Source: Bilabrum cf. latius (taxonomy: Eukaryota). Taken from it: 64,000 nucleotides of DNA. The notes beneath the pieces are model-generated. The model was not told the DNA's origin, did not search any database, and saw nothing but the letters and a program-made list of their open reading frames with translations. The position numbers were made by a program, and so were the translations under genes. Below, in pieces: positions 24,586 to 38,055 of the stretch. How positions within the stretch are numbered: position 1 is the stretch's first letter; each line of letters opens with the position of its first letter. The stretch lies in assembly GCA_965178125.1 (NCBI GenBank), contig OZ237763.1:186001-250000 (forward strand). Reading direction: 5' to 3'.

Positions 24586-26802
24586 TCATCCCCGCGCCAT
24601 GGCAAGGGTCTCGCACATGATGCTAGGGTTGTACCGAGTTGTCATTTCCACCAGCCCGGAGTGGGACGTGTACACGATCCGCCCAATACCTATCTGATTC
24701 AGCGCTCTGGTGCACATGCGGCACGGGATAGCCGTGTCGTACCCAATGCCTAGCTGGTCCAGCTCGCAAATCATCATTTCAGCACCGCGCGCATCCTCAA
24801 TGTCCTTGAGCTGGGAGATGCAGTGGATCTCCGCGTGCATGATTTTGGAGTTGTTGCCCATTCGCAGCATTCCCATGTCTTCCTTCCGAAACGGCAGACC
24901 GCGCTTCCACCGGTAGCTCTCGCCCTCGGGAAGCACGCCGGGCACAGCCCACCGCTGGTATGGCGCTCCCCGCCGCAGAATTTTCCCGAAGTCAACGGCA
25001 GGCGCCTCCTTACCCGCCCCGCGAGCTTGTCCCCCCGCCTTGTCCTCCTGTCCGGCATCCCTATCGGCTCCGCCCTTCCCCCCCTCATCGTCCTGCTCCC
25101 TAGGACCCCCCGCGAAATCGTCCCCCACATCGTAGTCCCCCCCCAGTCCGGGGGCCAGCTTGGACCCGATGCCCAGGGACCGCCACAGCCGGCGCATAGC
25201 GCGGGGAAAAGGGTTGAAGCGGTGGTTGAAGCCCACTGAGCAGCACGCCAGCGGAGTCGCGAGGGGGGCAGGGGCTGGGTCGCTACCCGGGCCCTATCCC
25301 CCTGACGCGGTGGACGACGAAGAGGGCTCCAGTGAAGATGAAGATGCAGATGCAGCTGCATCCTTCTAGGACTGCTTTGCCCCACCCTGCGCTGCAGTAC
25401 CCTTGCCCTCGTCCTCGCCCTCGCCCTCGCCCTTCTCCTCCTTCCTGGGCGCCACACGGAGCACGGCCCCGTGCTTGGAGCCTCGCTGGTCACCCGCCGA
25501 GGCAGCAGCAGCGGCGGCCACCAGACAGGCCTTGTCGTCCGCGTCCCTGGGCAGGAGCATGGACTCGATGGACCCGGGCGGAGGGGGCCCCCGCATTGAG
25601 GACAGCCAGTCGGGCGCGGAGGATGCGAAGCGGGGCGCGCTGGCTGCCTCGCCCCTGAGAGATGCCAGGCCCATGAGGTCGGGCGGGGCCGAGGTGGCAC
25701 AGCCCGGGTCTGGGGGACACCATGAGGACGAGGGCGAGGATGAGGACGATGATGGTGGTTGGTCGGCTGCAGAGCCGGTGCTTGCAGCAGCAGCAGTTGC
25801 AGTGGAGGACTACGACCCTGTGACCCCCGATGGAGCTCCTTGCTACTGCGACTGGGCCTACAGCTCTGCTGTATCCACAGCGACTTGGTACTTGTAGCAG
25901 TCCTCGCTGCCTGGGAGGGCTGCAGGTGCGGGTGGGTCTCTTGCAGCAGCTGCAGCAGACGCCCCCTCCCCCTCCCCCTTGCGCCCCGTGCCGAGGGCCC
26001 GCGCAGTACCATCCGCCAGCATGCCGCCGCCCATCGCGCGGCCGCCAGCGAGCATCCACGAACGTTCCTTCGCCACCGCAGCGGCAGCCGCTGAGGGCAG
26101 GCCGGGCACCTCGGCCCATTCCACCGCCCCTGCTCGCGCCAGCCTGAGCAGAAACACGGGCTGCGCCACCTCCCACAGCCGGCCAGCCAGGAGTGCGCCC
26201 GACGCAAGCCCGTCCTGGACCGCCCCTCGAGCAGCCGCCGCATCGCCCACCTGCAGCGCAGCGTGGGCTAGCAGCAGGTGAGACTTGGCGTTCAGCTGGA
26301 TGCCCAGCACACCCGCGCATCGATAGACCCACTGCACGGCTGCCTACCAGCTGGCCCGCGCCCTGCTGCCCGAGGCCGCCAATTCCCTAGGAGCCTCGGG
26401 CCCGGACTGGGACGGCTGTGTGCTGGGGGCCGGCGGCGGTACCGATTCAACGGCTGCTATCAGTTGCTTGGCCCACGCGCTTGCGTTCGACTTTGCCACG
26501 CGCATGCGCTCCTGCTCGTCTCTGAAGTCCGCGGCGGCGCTCCTCGGCCGCTTGGAGCCGATGGCAGAACCGTCGGCACATGCGTCTTCCGAGGCCGCAG
26601 CCGAGCTAGTAGTCGTGTCAACTGATTCAGTGACGCCTGAGCTAGCGCTACCGGACGTTCGTGCTCGCTTGGGGGCGGATGCACCGGTTGCCGCACTGGC
26701 CCGAGCTAGCCCGGCCCAGTCCGCAGGGACCGCTCCGAGGCAACGCTCAACGCAAGACTGTATCACGGAAGCGCTATGCCGCTCGAACTATTCTGCTGTC
26801 AT
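24586..26802 (-). CDS. Zinc-dependent cytidine/dCMP-deaminase-family protein with TPR-like N-terminal helices (about 738 aa)
   Basis: Motifs KHGAVL...GFNH...HAEIHCI...PCRMC...GIGRIVYT. One frame from ATG 26802 through TAGs at 26788, 26344, 25858, 25843, 25810, 25366 and 25294 to TGA at 24586. Confidence 0.8.
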
Positions 26803-27287
26803 TTTTTGTCGGCTTGCTAGGACTCCGGCGGTCATGGCGAGGGCGAACCAATCCACTGCAACAATGGCTTGCAACATTTCGTTGTAATCTTCAACATCTA
26901 CGGGCTTCTTGCACACCACACGGCAACGAAATAGGTCAACTGCTGCGCGCCACTGCATCTGGGACATGAGAATCGTGAGGCGATTTCGCAGCTGCTTGCG
27001 CTTCTTTGCGGCTTGGCTCTAGTTCTGGCGTCTGGCGGCGGCGTCGACGTCTGGCCAACCGGCTGGGCATGGCGGTAGTTCGGCAATTCCAGCGGAGGCA
27101 GCCATCGAAAACTCTAGAAATAGTCCCAACCAGACGCGTGCTCGAGCGCGGTGCAGGTCTGGTGCTCGAGGTTGGGCACGGCTCTGGCAGCTACAGTGCG
27201 GTGCATTAGTGCGGTATCGTTGTTCTATTGCCGGAAATTGACGGTGAGACTACGACAAAAAGAACTTCATATGCCGAAGCAAGCATT

Positions 27288-30200
27288 TCACTGCTGCTGC
27301 CCGGCCAGCTTGTCGGCTAGCCCCTTCACGTCCTTGCCCGCCGCGCTGTCCTTGATGATCTGCGCGATGAGCTGCACCTTGCGGCCCTCGTCAATGGCTT
27401 CCAGCCCAAGGATCCGCTCAATCTCCACCTTCACCTCGGGCTTGTTGGCCACCATCCGCAGCTCGTTCGGAGGCTCGGCCGGGGGGCCACCGGGAGCGCC
27501 TGGAGCAGGCGCCATGGGGGCGGCACCCGGGGGGGGCTGCGGGGGCGCCACGGGGGCGGGCGGCATCCCGGGGGCCTGCCCCTGCATGGGGGGCATGGCA
27601 CTGCCAGCACTGGGCATGGGTGCATTTGCGCCGGGGAGGGCACCCGGGGGCGCGCCCACTGCACCCTGGGGCACGGCTGCCCCGTTGCTGACGGGGGGGG
27701 TACCCCCGGCTACTCTGGCCATCTTGGCGGCGGGGCCGGCGTTGGAAGCTCCCGGGCCCATGGCAGCGGAAGCGGAGCGCTTCATACCCGCCGCCATCGC
27801 GGGCAGCTGCCCCGCGGCACCGGCAGCCGCCCCGACCACGCCCCCGGGTGCCGCCCCGCTGCCACCGGGCGGGGCCATCCCGCCGGCCACCGCCTGGGAG
27901 GGAGGCAGCTGGCCCCCGGCCGATGCCCGCCCGGCCCCAGCCCCAGCCCCAGCCCCGTGCGAGGAGGAGGACGCTGCATGGGCCTGCTGCAGCCCCCTGC
28001 TGCTCCTCTCGGCCATGGACCGGGACTGGGAGGCGATCGAGGTGAGGTGCAGCACGTACGGCGCGTTGGGCCTAAAGTACTCCACCTTGCGGAGCTTGGC
28101 AGCGGACCTATCCAGGTCCTTGGCCTTGAGTGCCAGGGTGGAGGGGGGGTCCAGGGCGGGGTCCGGCCTCTGGCTCGCGTCCTGGTTGATGGCGTCCACC
28201 AGGTGCTGGTGCATAGGCGGGGCACGACGGTTGTGGGCCGTGGCCCGCCGGACGGCAGCCTGTGCCTCGTCCTCCGCTGCAGCCGCGACGGCCCGGGCGG
28301 CGGACCCGTACGACTGGTGTAGGGTCATGACGCCCGCCCTGGGGTCTGCGTCGATGACCACGGGCAGCTGGGGCAGCCACCCCATCGCCTTGTTGACCCG
28401 GTGCTGCACCAGGGTGGCAGGGTACCTGTGCGTGGAGCTGGCCAGGGCAGAGGCCACCGCGGCGGCAGGCGGCATGGGCGCCACTGCGTCTCCTGGCAGC
28501 TGCATGGTGGCCTGCTCTGCGAGCTGGGCCTCGACGTGCGCCAGGGCGGGGCGGTCCAGGGACGCCCGAGCAGATGAAGAGGAAGAAGAGGAGGACGAAG
28601 ACGAGGAGGAGGACGCGCCGGCCCCCATTCCGGAAGCACGCGCTCCCTGCCTCGCTGCTGCCATCGCCGCTGCATCGGCCACCCGCCCCGCCTGCGTGGG
28701 GATGGCCAGCCCCACCAGCCCGTGCTCCTCGTCCCTCTCCCTCTCCCTCTCGCCCACCGAGGAACCGCCCGACGAGGCAGTCTCCGCCTCGGACCCGGTG
28801 GCCGTGGCTTCTTCCCGTGCAACACCCCCCTGCCCTTGCCCGTGGCTTGCCCCCAGCACCCGAGCGATGGTCCGCCGGGAGCCCCTCGCCCGCAGCACGG
28901 CACGCACAGCCAGACCCACGATCCTGTCCACGTCCTCGCCCGTCCGCAGCTCCGGAGCAACCGCATCCGAGGCCTTGCTGGCCGAGGCATCTCCCGCCCG
29001 GTGCTGCTCTTCTGCCTCCTCCTCCTCCTCCTCTTCTTCTTCGGCGGCAGCCTTCCGGCCGCGTCCGCGGCCCCCCTTGGCCTTGCTACCTCTCGGGGTG
29101 CGGCCGCGACCGCGCCCTCGGCCTCCAGTGGCCGGCGCCTGCTCCTCGTCCTCGTCCTCGTCGTCGGCGCTCCCGTCCGCAGACGAGCCAGACGCGGCCC
29201 CGCGGCCCCTCCCCCTGCGCTTGGCAGGGGTGGACTTGGCGCCGGCGGCGGTCCGCCTGCGCTTGGCACCGCGCTTCTCGCCCTCTTCCACAAGCCCCCC
29301 TTCGTGCTGTTCCTCCCCCTCCCCATCCCCCTCCCCCTCCTCGCCTGGACCAGCGCCCGCGCTGCCTACGGCAGGTCGCACGCCCGCGCGCCTGCTCGCC
29401 AGCCCCATCCCGCCTCCCACTCGCACAGCAGCTCCCGCAGCCGCCGCCGCGCCAAGCTGTTCCCTGCGGGCCAACATGGAGGCCCCAAGGAGAGCGGAGG
29501 AGGCAGAGGCAGTGGCAGCGGCCTCGGGCACGGGCAGCCGCGCCAGGGCCAGCCCGCCGAGGCCCTCTCTGAAGCCGGAGCCCACCTAGGAGGCAAGGGC
29601 CCTGGCGCGGCCCACCAGCCGCTGCACCTGCAGGGCGTGCAGGCGGCCGGCCACCAGCTTGCGGTGCCTGTCGTAGCACTGCCTGTTGTTGCGGTGCCTG
29701 TTCCTCGACTTGATCTCGGGGTGCTTCCTGAGCGTGTCCCGGATCACGTCCCAGTGAGAGCCCAGCTCGTCCACGGTGCGCTCCAGCAGCTCCTCCTCCC
29801 AGTCGTGCCACGCGCCCGAGTACCGGTTGGCCTTGGCGCGCTCCCGCTCCTGCACCGCCCGCTCCCTCCGCTGCACGTCCTCCTCCAGCCAACGCCACGC
29901 GGGAGCCTCCGGGCCCTCCACCTGGTGGGGCTTGCCGCCTAGGGCAGCTGCAACACCCGCCGCCCGCGCCGCCACCCCGGTGGCCACGTCCAGGCCGGCC
30001 AGCAGCCGACGGGAGCCAGCCACGGGGCGGGGGCACAGCTCGTCCGCGGCGGCCTGCGCCGCCACCGCCGCGGCCGCGCTCCCCCGGCCGCCCAGCTGCG
30101 AGGATGCAGCCGACCCCGCCGGGTCACCGCCCGCCGCGGCCGCCCCCTGCGCCGCCCCGCGGGGGTGCCCTCCCGCCAGCAGCGACCTCTGCATGACAGC

Positions 30201-33200
30201 CGCGGCCACCGCAGCCGCCCTCCTCTCCGTGCGCCTCCTGAGCAGCCGCTTCGCCCCCGCGTGCCTGTTGGACGGGTCCAGCTGCATGGGCGCGAGGCTG
30301 GTGACCCTCGACTCCTGGGAGCCCCGCTGCACTGCCTGCCGCTCCAGGTAGGACAGCAGCAGCCGGAGGGCCCCGCACAGGGCGCTGTCGCCCGTGGTGG
30401 CCACAGACTGCGTAACGGTGAGCGACATGGGGTGCGGGGGCCCGAAAGTCTTGGCGAAGTGCAGCACGCCCGCGTCCTGCGCGGCGGCGATGGCCTCCTG
30501 GGCGGCATCGGCCGGTGAGCCAGCGGCGCCGAGCGCTGCGGCTGGGTACATGAGCTGAGCCGAGGCCTGCAGACGGGTGCGGGCGGCCTCGCCGGAGGCT
30601 CCCAGGTACAGCCAGGGGGACTTGGTGAGCATGGTGCGTCGCCTGAGTGCCAGCTGGGGCTGCAGCGGGGCGGGGAACATTAGGGCATGTGCGGCCATCC
30701 AGCCGGCAGGCTGCGCGGCGGGTGAGGACACCCACAGCCGGCGGGCTTCTCCCTCTTGTCCCTCGCCGGACGCCCCCTTGTGGCTGCCAGGGGCACCCGC
30801 TCCAGAGAGCATGCCAGCACCTGCCTCGGCGGCCGCCGGGAGCGCGCCTAGAGTAGGCCCCGCCCCGCTGCAGGATGCCGCCATGGGGGCCGCCGCGAGG
30901 CTCAGAGGCATGTTGCCCTCCCCACCGCCGGCCCCCGCCGCCTCGGCCACGCCAGTGGGCACGGCCCTGCGCCAGCTGACCCGGAGCACGTGCGCGATGG
31001 CCCCGCGAGGCACGCGAGCGACGGCACTGCCCTCCGCCGCCCCTGATCCAGACCTCGACGACGAGGCCGCCCCGCCTCGGCCCCTGCCCCGTCCACGGCC
31101 CCTGCCTCGGCCGCCCCTCCCGCCCCGCTTGCTGGGCTTGCTGCCCGAGGCCGACCCTCCGCCATCGGCGCCAGTGCTGGGTGCCCCACCGGCCGCGAAC
31201 TGTGCCAGCAGAGGGGCCAGCACGGCCAGCATGCCCGCGCCAGCGCACTTTGCAGCCCCCGCTGCTTTCATGGCCTCCTTGGCACGGGCATTGGCAGCTG
31301 CTGCGGCCCTCGCCGCTCCCAGCGCCTGCCCTACTGCCTAAGATCCGGCCCGGACGGCAGCATGGGCGGCCACTGCACAGGGCAGCAGGAGAGCCCCGGC
31401 ACTGGAGCCGACCCCCTTGCTGCTGCCGGTCTTCTTTCTGCTGGCACCCGCGCCGCCACCGCTGCCTGCTCCCCGCTTGCTGCTCCCCGCGGCCCCGCTG
31501 CGGCCCCTCCTGCCCTTGGCCTTGCCCCGCGCTCCGCCCGCCGCCTCGGCCTCGTGCCCCTCCTGCCTAGAGGCAGCCTCGCCGCTGCCGCTCGCCTGCA
31601 GCCCCTCCCTGGCCTCCTTGACGGCCTACAGCCGCGCCCCAGCGGCCTCGAGGGCCAGCGCGCGCGCGTCCGCACGGGCCCGCTCCGCCAGCACCCGGGC
31701 CGATGCAGCCTCCCCTGCAGCCTGCCTTGCGGCATCGCCCGCCGCCCCGCCGACGGACCCGCTCTGCAGCCTCAGCCGCACGGGCCCCGCCCAGCTGCAG
31801 GCCTGTCTCACCGCCGTGGCCTCGTACCACGTCCGCAGCTGCCGAGCCGGCACCGCGCCGCCCCCAGGCCGCACCGCTTCAGCAAGCAGGGCATCGTACC
31901 GGGAGGGAGCGAGGGCAGCCAGGGCCAGCAGCTGGCCCCCACCACCGCCAGAGCTGCTGCTAGAGGACCCCATGCCCAGGGATCCGCCGATGCTGCCAAA
32001 CCCGCGGCTGCTGCTGCTGCTCGAGTCCTAGCCCCCCGCGCCTACGGGAGCCGCACACACGCCAGAAGCAAACCTCCGCACGTCAACGGACCGAAGCAGC
32101 GAGGCCGTCAGCCCGATCAGCATGCCGTCCAGCCCGCGGGTCAGCCGCAGCACAGGCTCCCGCGGGAGAATCTCCCGGCCCGTCTGCTGACCCCCTCCCC
32201 CGGCTACTCCAGACCCAGAGGCCAGGGCACTCGCGGGCCCGCCCGGCGCTCCCGTGGCCCCGATGCCCCTCCCGTTCTGCATGAGAGGTCCCTGGGCCAC
32301 GGCCTGCGCCAGCGAGCCTCGCACTGCCCTGGCAGCCGCCCTCAGAACCCCTTCCTCCACGGAGCCCTCGGTGGCCAGCTGCAGCACCTGCAGGCCCCTA
32401 CCCTCGGCACCAGCGGAGGCCATCCTTGCAAGCAGCTGCCGAAGGGCCGTGGCCGCCCTCGCGTCCAAGAAGGCGTCCAGGAGCACCACCACGTCCGCGC
32501 CCGCTGGCACGGGGCCCTCTTGGTTGAGGTCACCCGGGGAGGCAGCCTCTCCCAGGTTGCCCCACCCCTGCGCGGACAGGTCCAGCGAGGCCATCACGGC
32601 CGCTGCCTCGGGCTCGTGCACGCCCACCACTGTCATCAGGCCCACGCCGCACCGCGCGTCGGCGTTGAAGCGAGCCACCCGCGCGGGGCTCGGCACACCG
32701 TGCCTGGGCATCCACGAAGGAACCCCTCCGCCCTCCGCGGCACCTGCGCCTGCACCCGCCTCGACCCCAGCCCCATCGTGTTCGTGCTCGTGCTCGTCCA
32801 GCACCAGCAGAGGTCGCCCCGCCGCGGCGCACACGGCCCTTGCCGCCTCCGCCGTGTGCGGCGCCGAGGCCAGCAGAAGCACCCTGCGGCCCGCCTGCCT
32901 CGACTCCCGCAGGAGTGCGTCGAGGACCTGCAGCTTGCCGGACCGCTGCAGCAGCGTGGACAGACGCAGGCTGACGGGCCGACGGGCAGGCACCGGGGCG
33001 TGTCCCTCGGCCAGCGCCACCTCTTCCAGGGCAGCGGCAGCCGATGGCAGCGGCCCCTGGGCCTGGTCCTGCCTCATCGAGCTTGGGCTCGTGCTTGGGC
33101 TCGTGCTCGCGATGCTCCTGCTGCTGCCCTCCTCCAGCACGGCGCGAGCCAGGAGACCAGCCTGCGGGCGGGCGCATCCGGCATCCCCCGCCGCCGATAG

Positions 33201-36200
33201 GTCGGCCGGGGCCCCCGCGAGCAGCGCCCGGACGGCGGCGTAGGCCCGCCTCCGGGCGGGGGCGCCCAGCACGGGCTCGGGCAGGCCCAGCTGCCTGAAG
33301 CCCAGCCCAGCGAGGGAGAGAGACTCAGCGGGGCGGCGCGCGAGGCGGGGCAGCCGACCCGATCCCGCCGCCAGTGCCAGGGCACACGAGGCCCCCGCGG
33401 CGCCGGGAGTGTTCCCAGCCGCGGCGGCCATGGGCAGAGAGGGCAGCACGCACCGCAGCGGCAGTCCCTCCGCCTCGGGAGGCAGCTCCCACGTGAAGGG
33501 ACCCTTCGCCCTCACCTGCATCCCCTGTTCTTCGCCGTCATCCCCGTCGTCCTGCATCGCGGCAGAACCCCCAGCCAAAGGCACCGCCCTCTCCTCCCCA
33601 CCGGCCACCCATCCGGCTGACAGCGCCAGTGCGGCGCTCCCCAGCCAGTCCCCGCCCTCGTATGCCGCCCCGTCCCCATGCCCCGCCAGCGCCCGCAACC
33701 GGTCCGCAAGCCCACTGCCCCCCTCCCCTTCCTCCTCCCCGTACCCCCCTCCCAGGCCCAGCAGCCTCATGGAGAGACCCCTCTCCTGCGGGCCCCCGCG
33801 GAACGCAAGCCCGCCCACACGTGGCATGTCTCGGCCCGCCGCGGTCCCCGCCTCCAGTTCGAGGTCGTCCAGGAACAGTACGGGGCCAGAGGACGGGGAC
33901 GAAAATGACGAGAGAGAAGCTGACGGGCCGGTGGCCGCCGCCTGTGCCAGCATCGAGTGCCCCAGCACCACCGAGGTCGAGCTGGCCAGCCGCAGGTGCC
34001 GCGCGTGCTCAGACTCCCGCGATCCATCCTCCACATCGCCGTCCTACATGGCGGCAGAGGCAGAGGCAGGGGCAGGGGCAGAAGCGGAGCCTCCGCTGCC
34101 CCGGCCTCCCTTGGACCGGCCACCAGCAGACGAAGCAGAAGCGCCTCCCCTCTCTCCCTTGCCCACCCTCCTGGGCTCAGCCACCTCCCAGCGCTGGCCC
34201 CGGGCCCAGCCCCAGGCCCACGCATCCAGCCCCTCCGCCCCGATCGAGGCCTCCAGCACGGCGGCGCCGGAGCCGAGGCCCAGACCCACCGCCACCCGCG
34301 TCCGCACGAGCCCCAGCACGCCCGCCCGCTGCAGCGCCACCTCTCTGTACCTGGACCCCGCGCCCACCAGGGCCGAGGGCCGCCCAGGCACAGGGGAGGA
34401 CCTGCCCACCTCGGCGGGTCTGCCCGCCAGCTGCTGCGGGGGCGCCAGAGCCGCGTCGTTGCCGTCTCCCGGCACCGCGTCTGCGTGCTGCGCGGCGGCG
34501 TGCAGCTGGGCCAGGAGCCGCAGCAGCTGGGCCGGGGACCCGTCCTGCATCGAGGCGGCGGCCAGTGCGGACGCGGTCGAGTTGGACTGCAGCAGCCTGG
34601 CCCGGGCCGCCTGCTGCACGGCCGTCTGGGGGCAGGCCACGGCTGCCATGGCCACGAAGGGGAGCTGCTGCTGCACGCCCTCGTCGCACACCTGCCGCCG
34701 CAGCACCAGGGGGAGCACGGAGTCGCGCAGCCGCTGGCCCCCTGCATCCCCGGCCTGCGCCAGCCTCTCCTCGGGAGTGAGCACTGCGTCCGCCACGGCT
34801 GAGGCGGGCATCCCGGGGACGCTCTTGCCCGCCCCCGCCATGGGGACCTGCGCCGCAGCGGACGCCGAGGAGGACGAGGAGGAGCCCCCCTCCTTCGCAC
34901 CCGGGATGCTCTTGCCCCCCATGGAGGGCACCGCAGCAGCCGCCGCAGCGGCCACCGCCGCCTTCTTGGCAGCGGCCGCCACGACGGACGTCTCCGTCAG
35001 CGTGCGGAGCACCCTGGGAGCGAGGTACATGGCCATCTGGCTGGCAAGAGTTGGGCTCGTGGGCAGCAGCCGGTTGGTCACCAGCAGCCTGGTGAAAGAG
35101 GGCACCTTGGCAAGCACCTCCCAGGGCAAGGGGGCCCACGGCTCCACCAGGCGCTGCTCCAAAGCCTCCTGGGCAGAGCCGAAGCACGCGTCCTAGTCCG
35201 ACGGGAGGGCCCCCCGGTCCATTGATGCATCCCCCGAGTCCTCCTTGGACTCCTCCCCGTCCCCAGCAGCAGACAAAGAGGAGCCGTCCGCGGCGACCGC
35301 CTTCTGGTCCTGCTGCGGCATGCCGCCCACGTGCGTGCCCGCCAGCACCACCCCGCCCAGGGTCGCATCCGTCACCACGAGCCTCCACTGCCTCCCCTGC
35401 ACCCACTCCCTCACCGCCCCCTGCCCCAGGCTGCCAGCCGTGCACAGCACGATCCGGAGCACGCCAGCCCCGCGCCGCCCCCTGCCGCTCGACCTGGGCC
35501 TCTTCTGGCCCTCCCCCTCCAGCCCCATCTCCCGCTGGGCCCACGTCACCTCGGCCCCGGGGAGCCAACGCAGCACCTCGCAGCGCCAGCGCCAGGCGGT
35601 CGCCGCGGGGCACACCACAAGCACGCCCTCGCCCACCCAGGCGGGCCCGGGCAGCAGCACCCGCCCGCCCCCCGACTCCGCCCGCGTGCCCCCGTCCCTC
35701 CCCAGCAGGGCCCCCAGCGCGGGACCCCTCAGCATGGCGGCCAGGGCCAGGGCCACCGCCCGCTTGCCCACCCCCCTCTCGTCCCCCAGCACCGCGGGGA
35801 GGCCCCTGCGCACAACGGCCGCTAGCCACCGGAGACCGGCCAGCTGCACGGGCCGCAGCTGCGACCGCATCACGGAGGGCAGGGAGGCGGCCAGGGCGCG
35901 CGCGAACACACGCCCCTCCGCCGCCGCCGCCTCGGCGGGCCGCACCGGCCTGGGCCACCCTGGGAGCAGTCGGTACTGCCCTAGCTTGGGGGCGGGTGAC
36001 AGCGCCGACTCAGTGGGGGGGAGGTAGGGGAGGGCCCCCTCGCCCAGCACAGCAGCGGTGGCTGCACCCGCCTGCGCCTGCATGGCGTCCATGGAAAGTC
36101 GTGACCAGGGAACACAGTCCGACACGGGCTCGGGCAGGTCGAAGGCGTGCTGCCCCGTGGGCAGGACCTGCAGGGGCACCTGCCCGGGGAGGTCCTGCGC

Positions 36201-37796
36201 CAGGCAGTCCAGGAGGCCCTGCCCCGGGCCCACAACACCGGGAGCGATCCTGGCGTACCTGGGGTCATCCCCGGCCTCCCCTATGGGGGGCAGCAGGGCG
36301 AGGAGAGACTCGCTCGCACCCGCGCCCTGCCTCGGGCACGTGTCCGGCTCGGCGGGCACCAGGGCCGGTCCGTGCCTCCTCACCGCGCGGTGGGCGGCCC
36401 GCCACATGCAGCGCACTGCACTGGCGAGGGCGCTCGTGGCCGCGATCTCCTCCGCGTATGCTCCCTTCCGTATCCTAGGCACCGGCTCTGCGTGCCCCAT
36501 TGTCTCTGCTGCTGCTCCTGTCTCGGCACCAGCCAGGCGAGCCCGCCTCATCGCACGCCTCTGCTGACGCTTGCGGCCTGCCGCCGCCGCCGCCCGAGCC
36601 ACCCTCTGGCCCACCTCGGCCCGCCACCTCCTCCCGAAATGCCCGTCGCTGGCAGCCCACTGCGCCTCCTCTAAAAGAAAATCCCAGTGCGCCTTCTTGG
36701 GCAGTGGCTCGTGTCTCCTCACCGATAGGCGCTTCCCCGGCGCCCCCCTGTGGACCACCGACAGGCGCTCGGACGCCTCTGCCCGCCTCTTAAGGAGGCT
36801 GCGGAGGACAGAGGCGGTGGCCCAGGCGCGGGAGCGGAACCTAGGCGCCGCGGCGCCCTCCACCACGGCCCTGAGGTTCGCGTCGTTCGCGGCAGGGCTC
36901 CACTTGAGGGGAGGAGGCAGAGGCAGGCCCTCCCTCGTGGCCTGCCCCGCCGCCAGCTGCCTGCCGGCCCGCCTCAGCGCTGACTGGAGCTGGGTGATGG
37001 CACGGGACCGCAGGCGGGCCCTGAGCCACGGCTGCTGTCCCGATAGGGGCGGCAGCCGCTCCGGTGCCGGTGCCGGTGCCGGGGCAGGTGCAGGGGCAGG
37101 TGCGGGGGCCTGTGGCGGAGGGGGCTGCGGCATGGATTGGTGTGTAGGTGCTGCGGCAGGCGCCGCGGCCGACCCCGGCGGCTGTGTGCTGCTAGATGAT
37201 TGCGCATGCCCCCCCGCGGATGCGGGTGCGGTGGTAGAGGCCGGCAGTGCCTGTGCAGTTGCATGGGCAGCAGCTGGCGGAGGTGGGCCACCCTCGCCAT
37301 CCATGGGCTAGCTAGGAGGCGCATGGGGCTGTGACTACCCACCCGACTGCTCCAGCGCTGCCCCTGTCTGTTCTGTCGCCTCTCCACCGTCGCCGCTACC
37401 AGCTCCTGATCGGCCAGCATCAGCCCCAGCTTTGTCGTCCTCTGCATCGTCTCCTTCAACAGATCCGTCCCTGCAATTACAGCATAAGAACAAGATGCAC
37501 ATGTATTAACAGTCACCGGGTGCATGAGTACGAAATTACGCCCAAAGAGGAGCAATCGCTGAAACAAGCGCTGCTGGGCAAGTATTTCAAGCAGTCGGGC
37601 TGCTAAACACGACTCTAGCACCTCGCAAAAAGAAAAAAAATGCCACTCATGCCCCCAAAAGCCATCATATACTGATTTAAAAACATTCTGGCAAGGTCGG
37701 AACGACAGAGAAGCATTCATGGCTGAGAACCAAGACCCCGTACCAATGCCAAAGAGGCACCACTCACCTCCTCTTCCGTCCGGATCTGCGCCTCAT
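27288..37796 (-). CDS. SWR1/p400/PIE1-like protein (HSA, degenerate split SNF2 helicase, SANT/Myb-like), about 3400 aa
   Basis: HSA-like EPLPKKAHWDFLLEEAQW; SNF2-like LRPVQLAGLRWL...LGDERGVGKR; helicase-C-like SGKLQVLDALL...GRRVLL and LATEGSVEEGVL; SANT-like WHDWEEELL...RNNRQCYDRH. Exons 37796-37768 and 37470-27288 (GT-AG intron). TAGs at 37335, 37308, 35193, 34044, 32028, 31626, 31338 and 29586; TGA at 27288. Confidence 0.8.
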
Positions 37797-38055
37797 TTTT
37801 GTCGGCAATGAAGGGGCTTATGAGTGACCCGATTGATATATATGGATCAAGATTAGCTGCTTGGCGGCAGAGGCGTGATTCCTCTCCCCGCAGCGCTCTC
37901 AGCGCGATGCAAGCCACCGATGGAGGGCCAGCCTTGCCTCTCGAATAGCTTCAAAATCCGGTTTTGTGTTTTGTGCCGCCGCCTAAAATGATACTGTACA
38001 ATTATTCTCCGCCCCGTTTAAATCACAACAGGTATCTGACGCATCTGGTCCAGCA

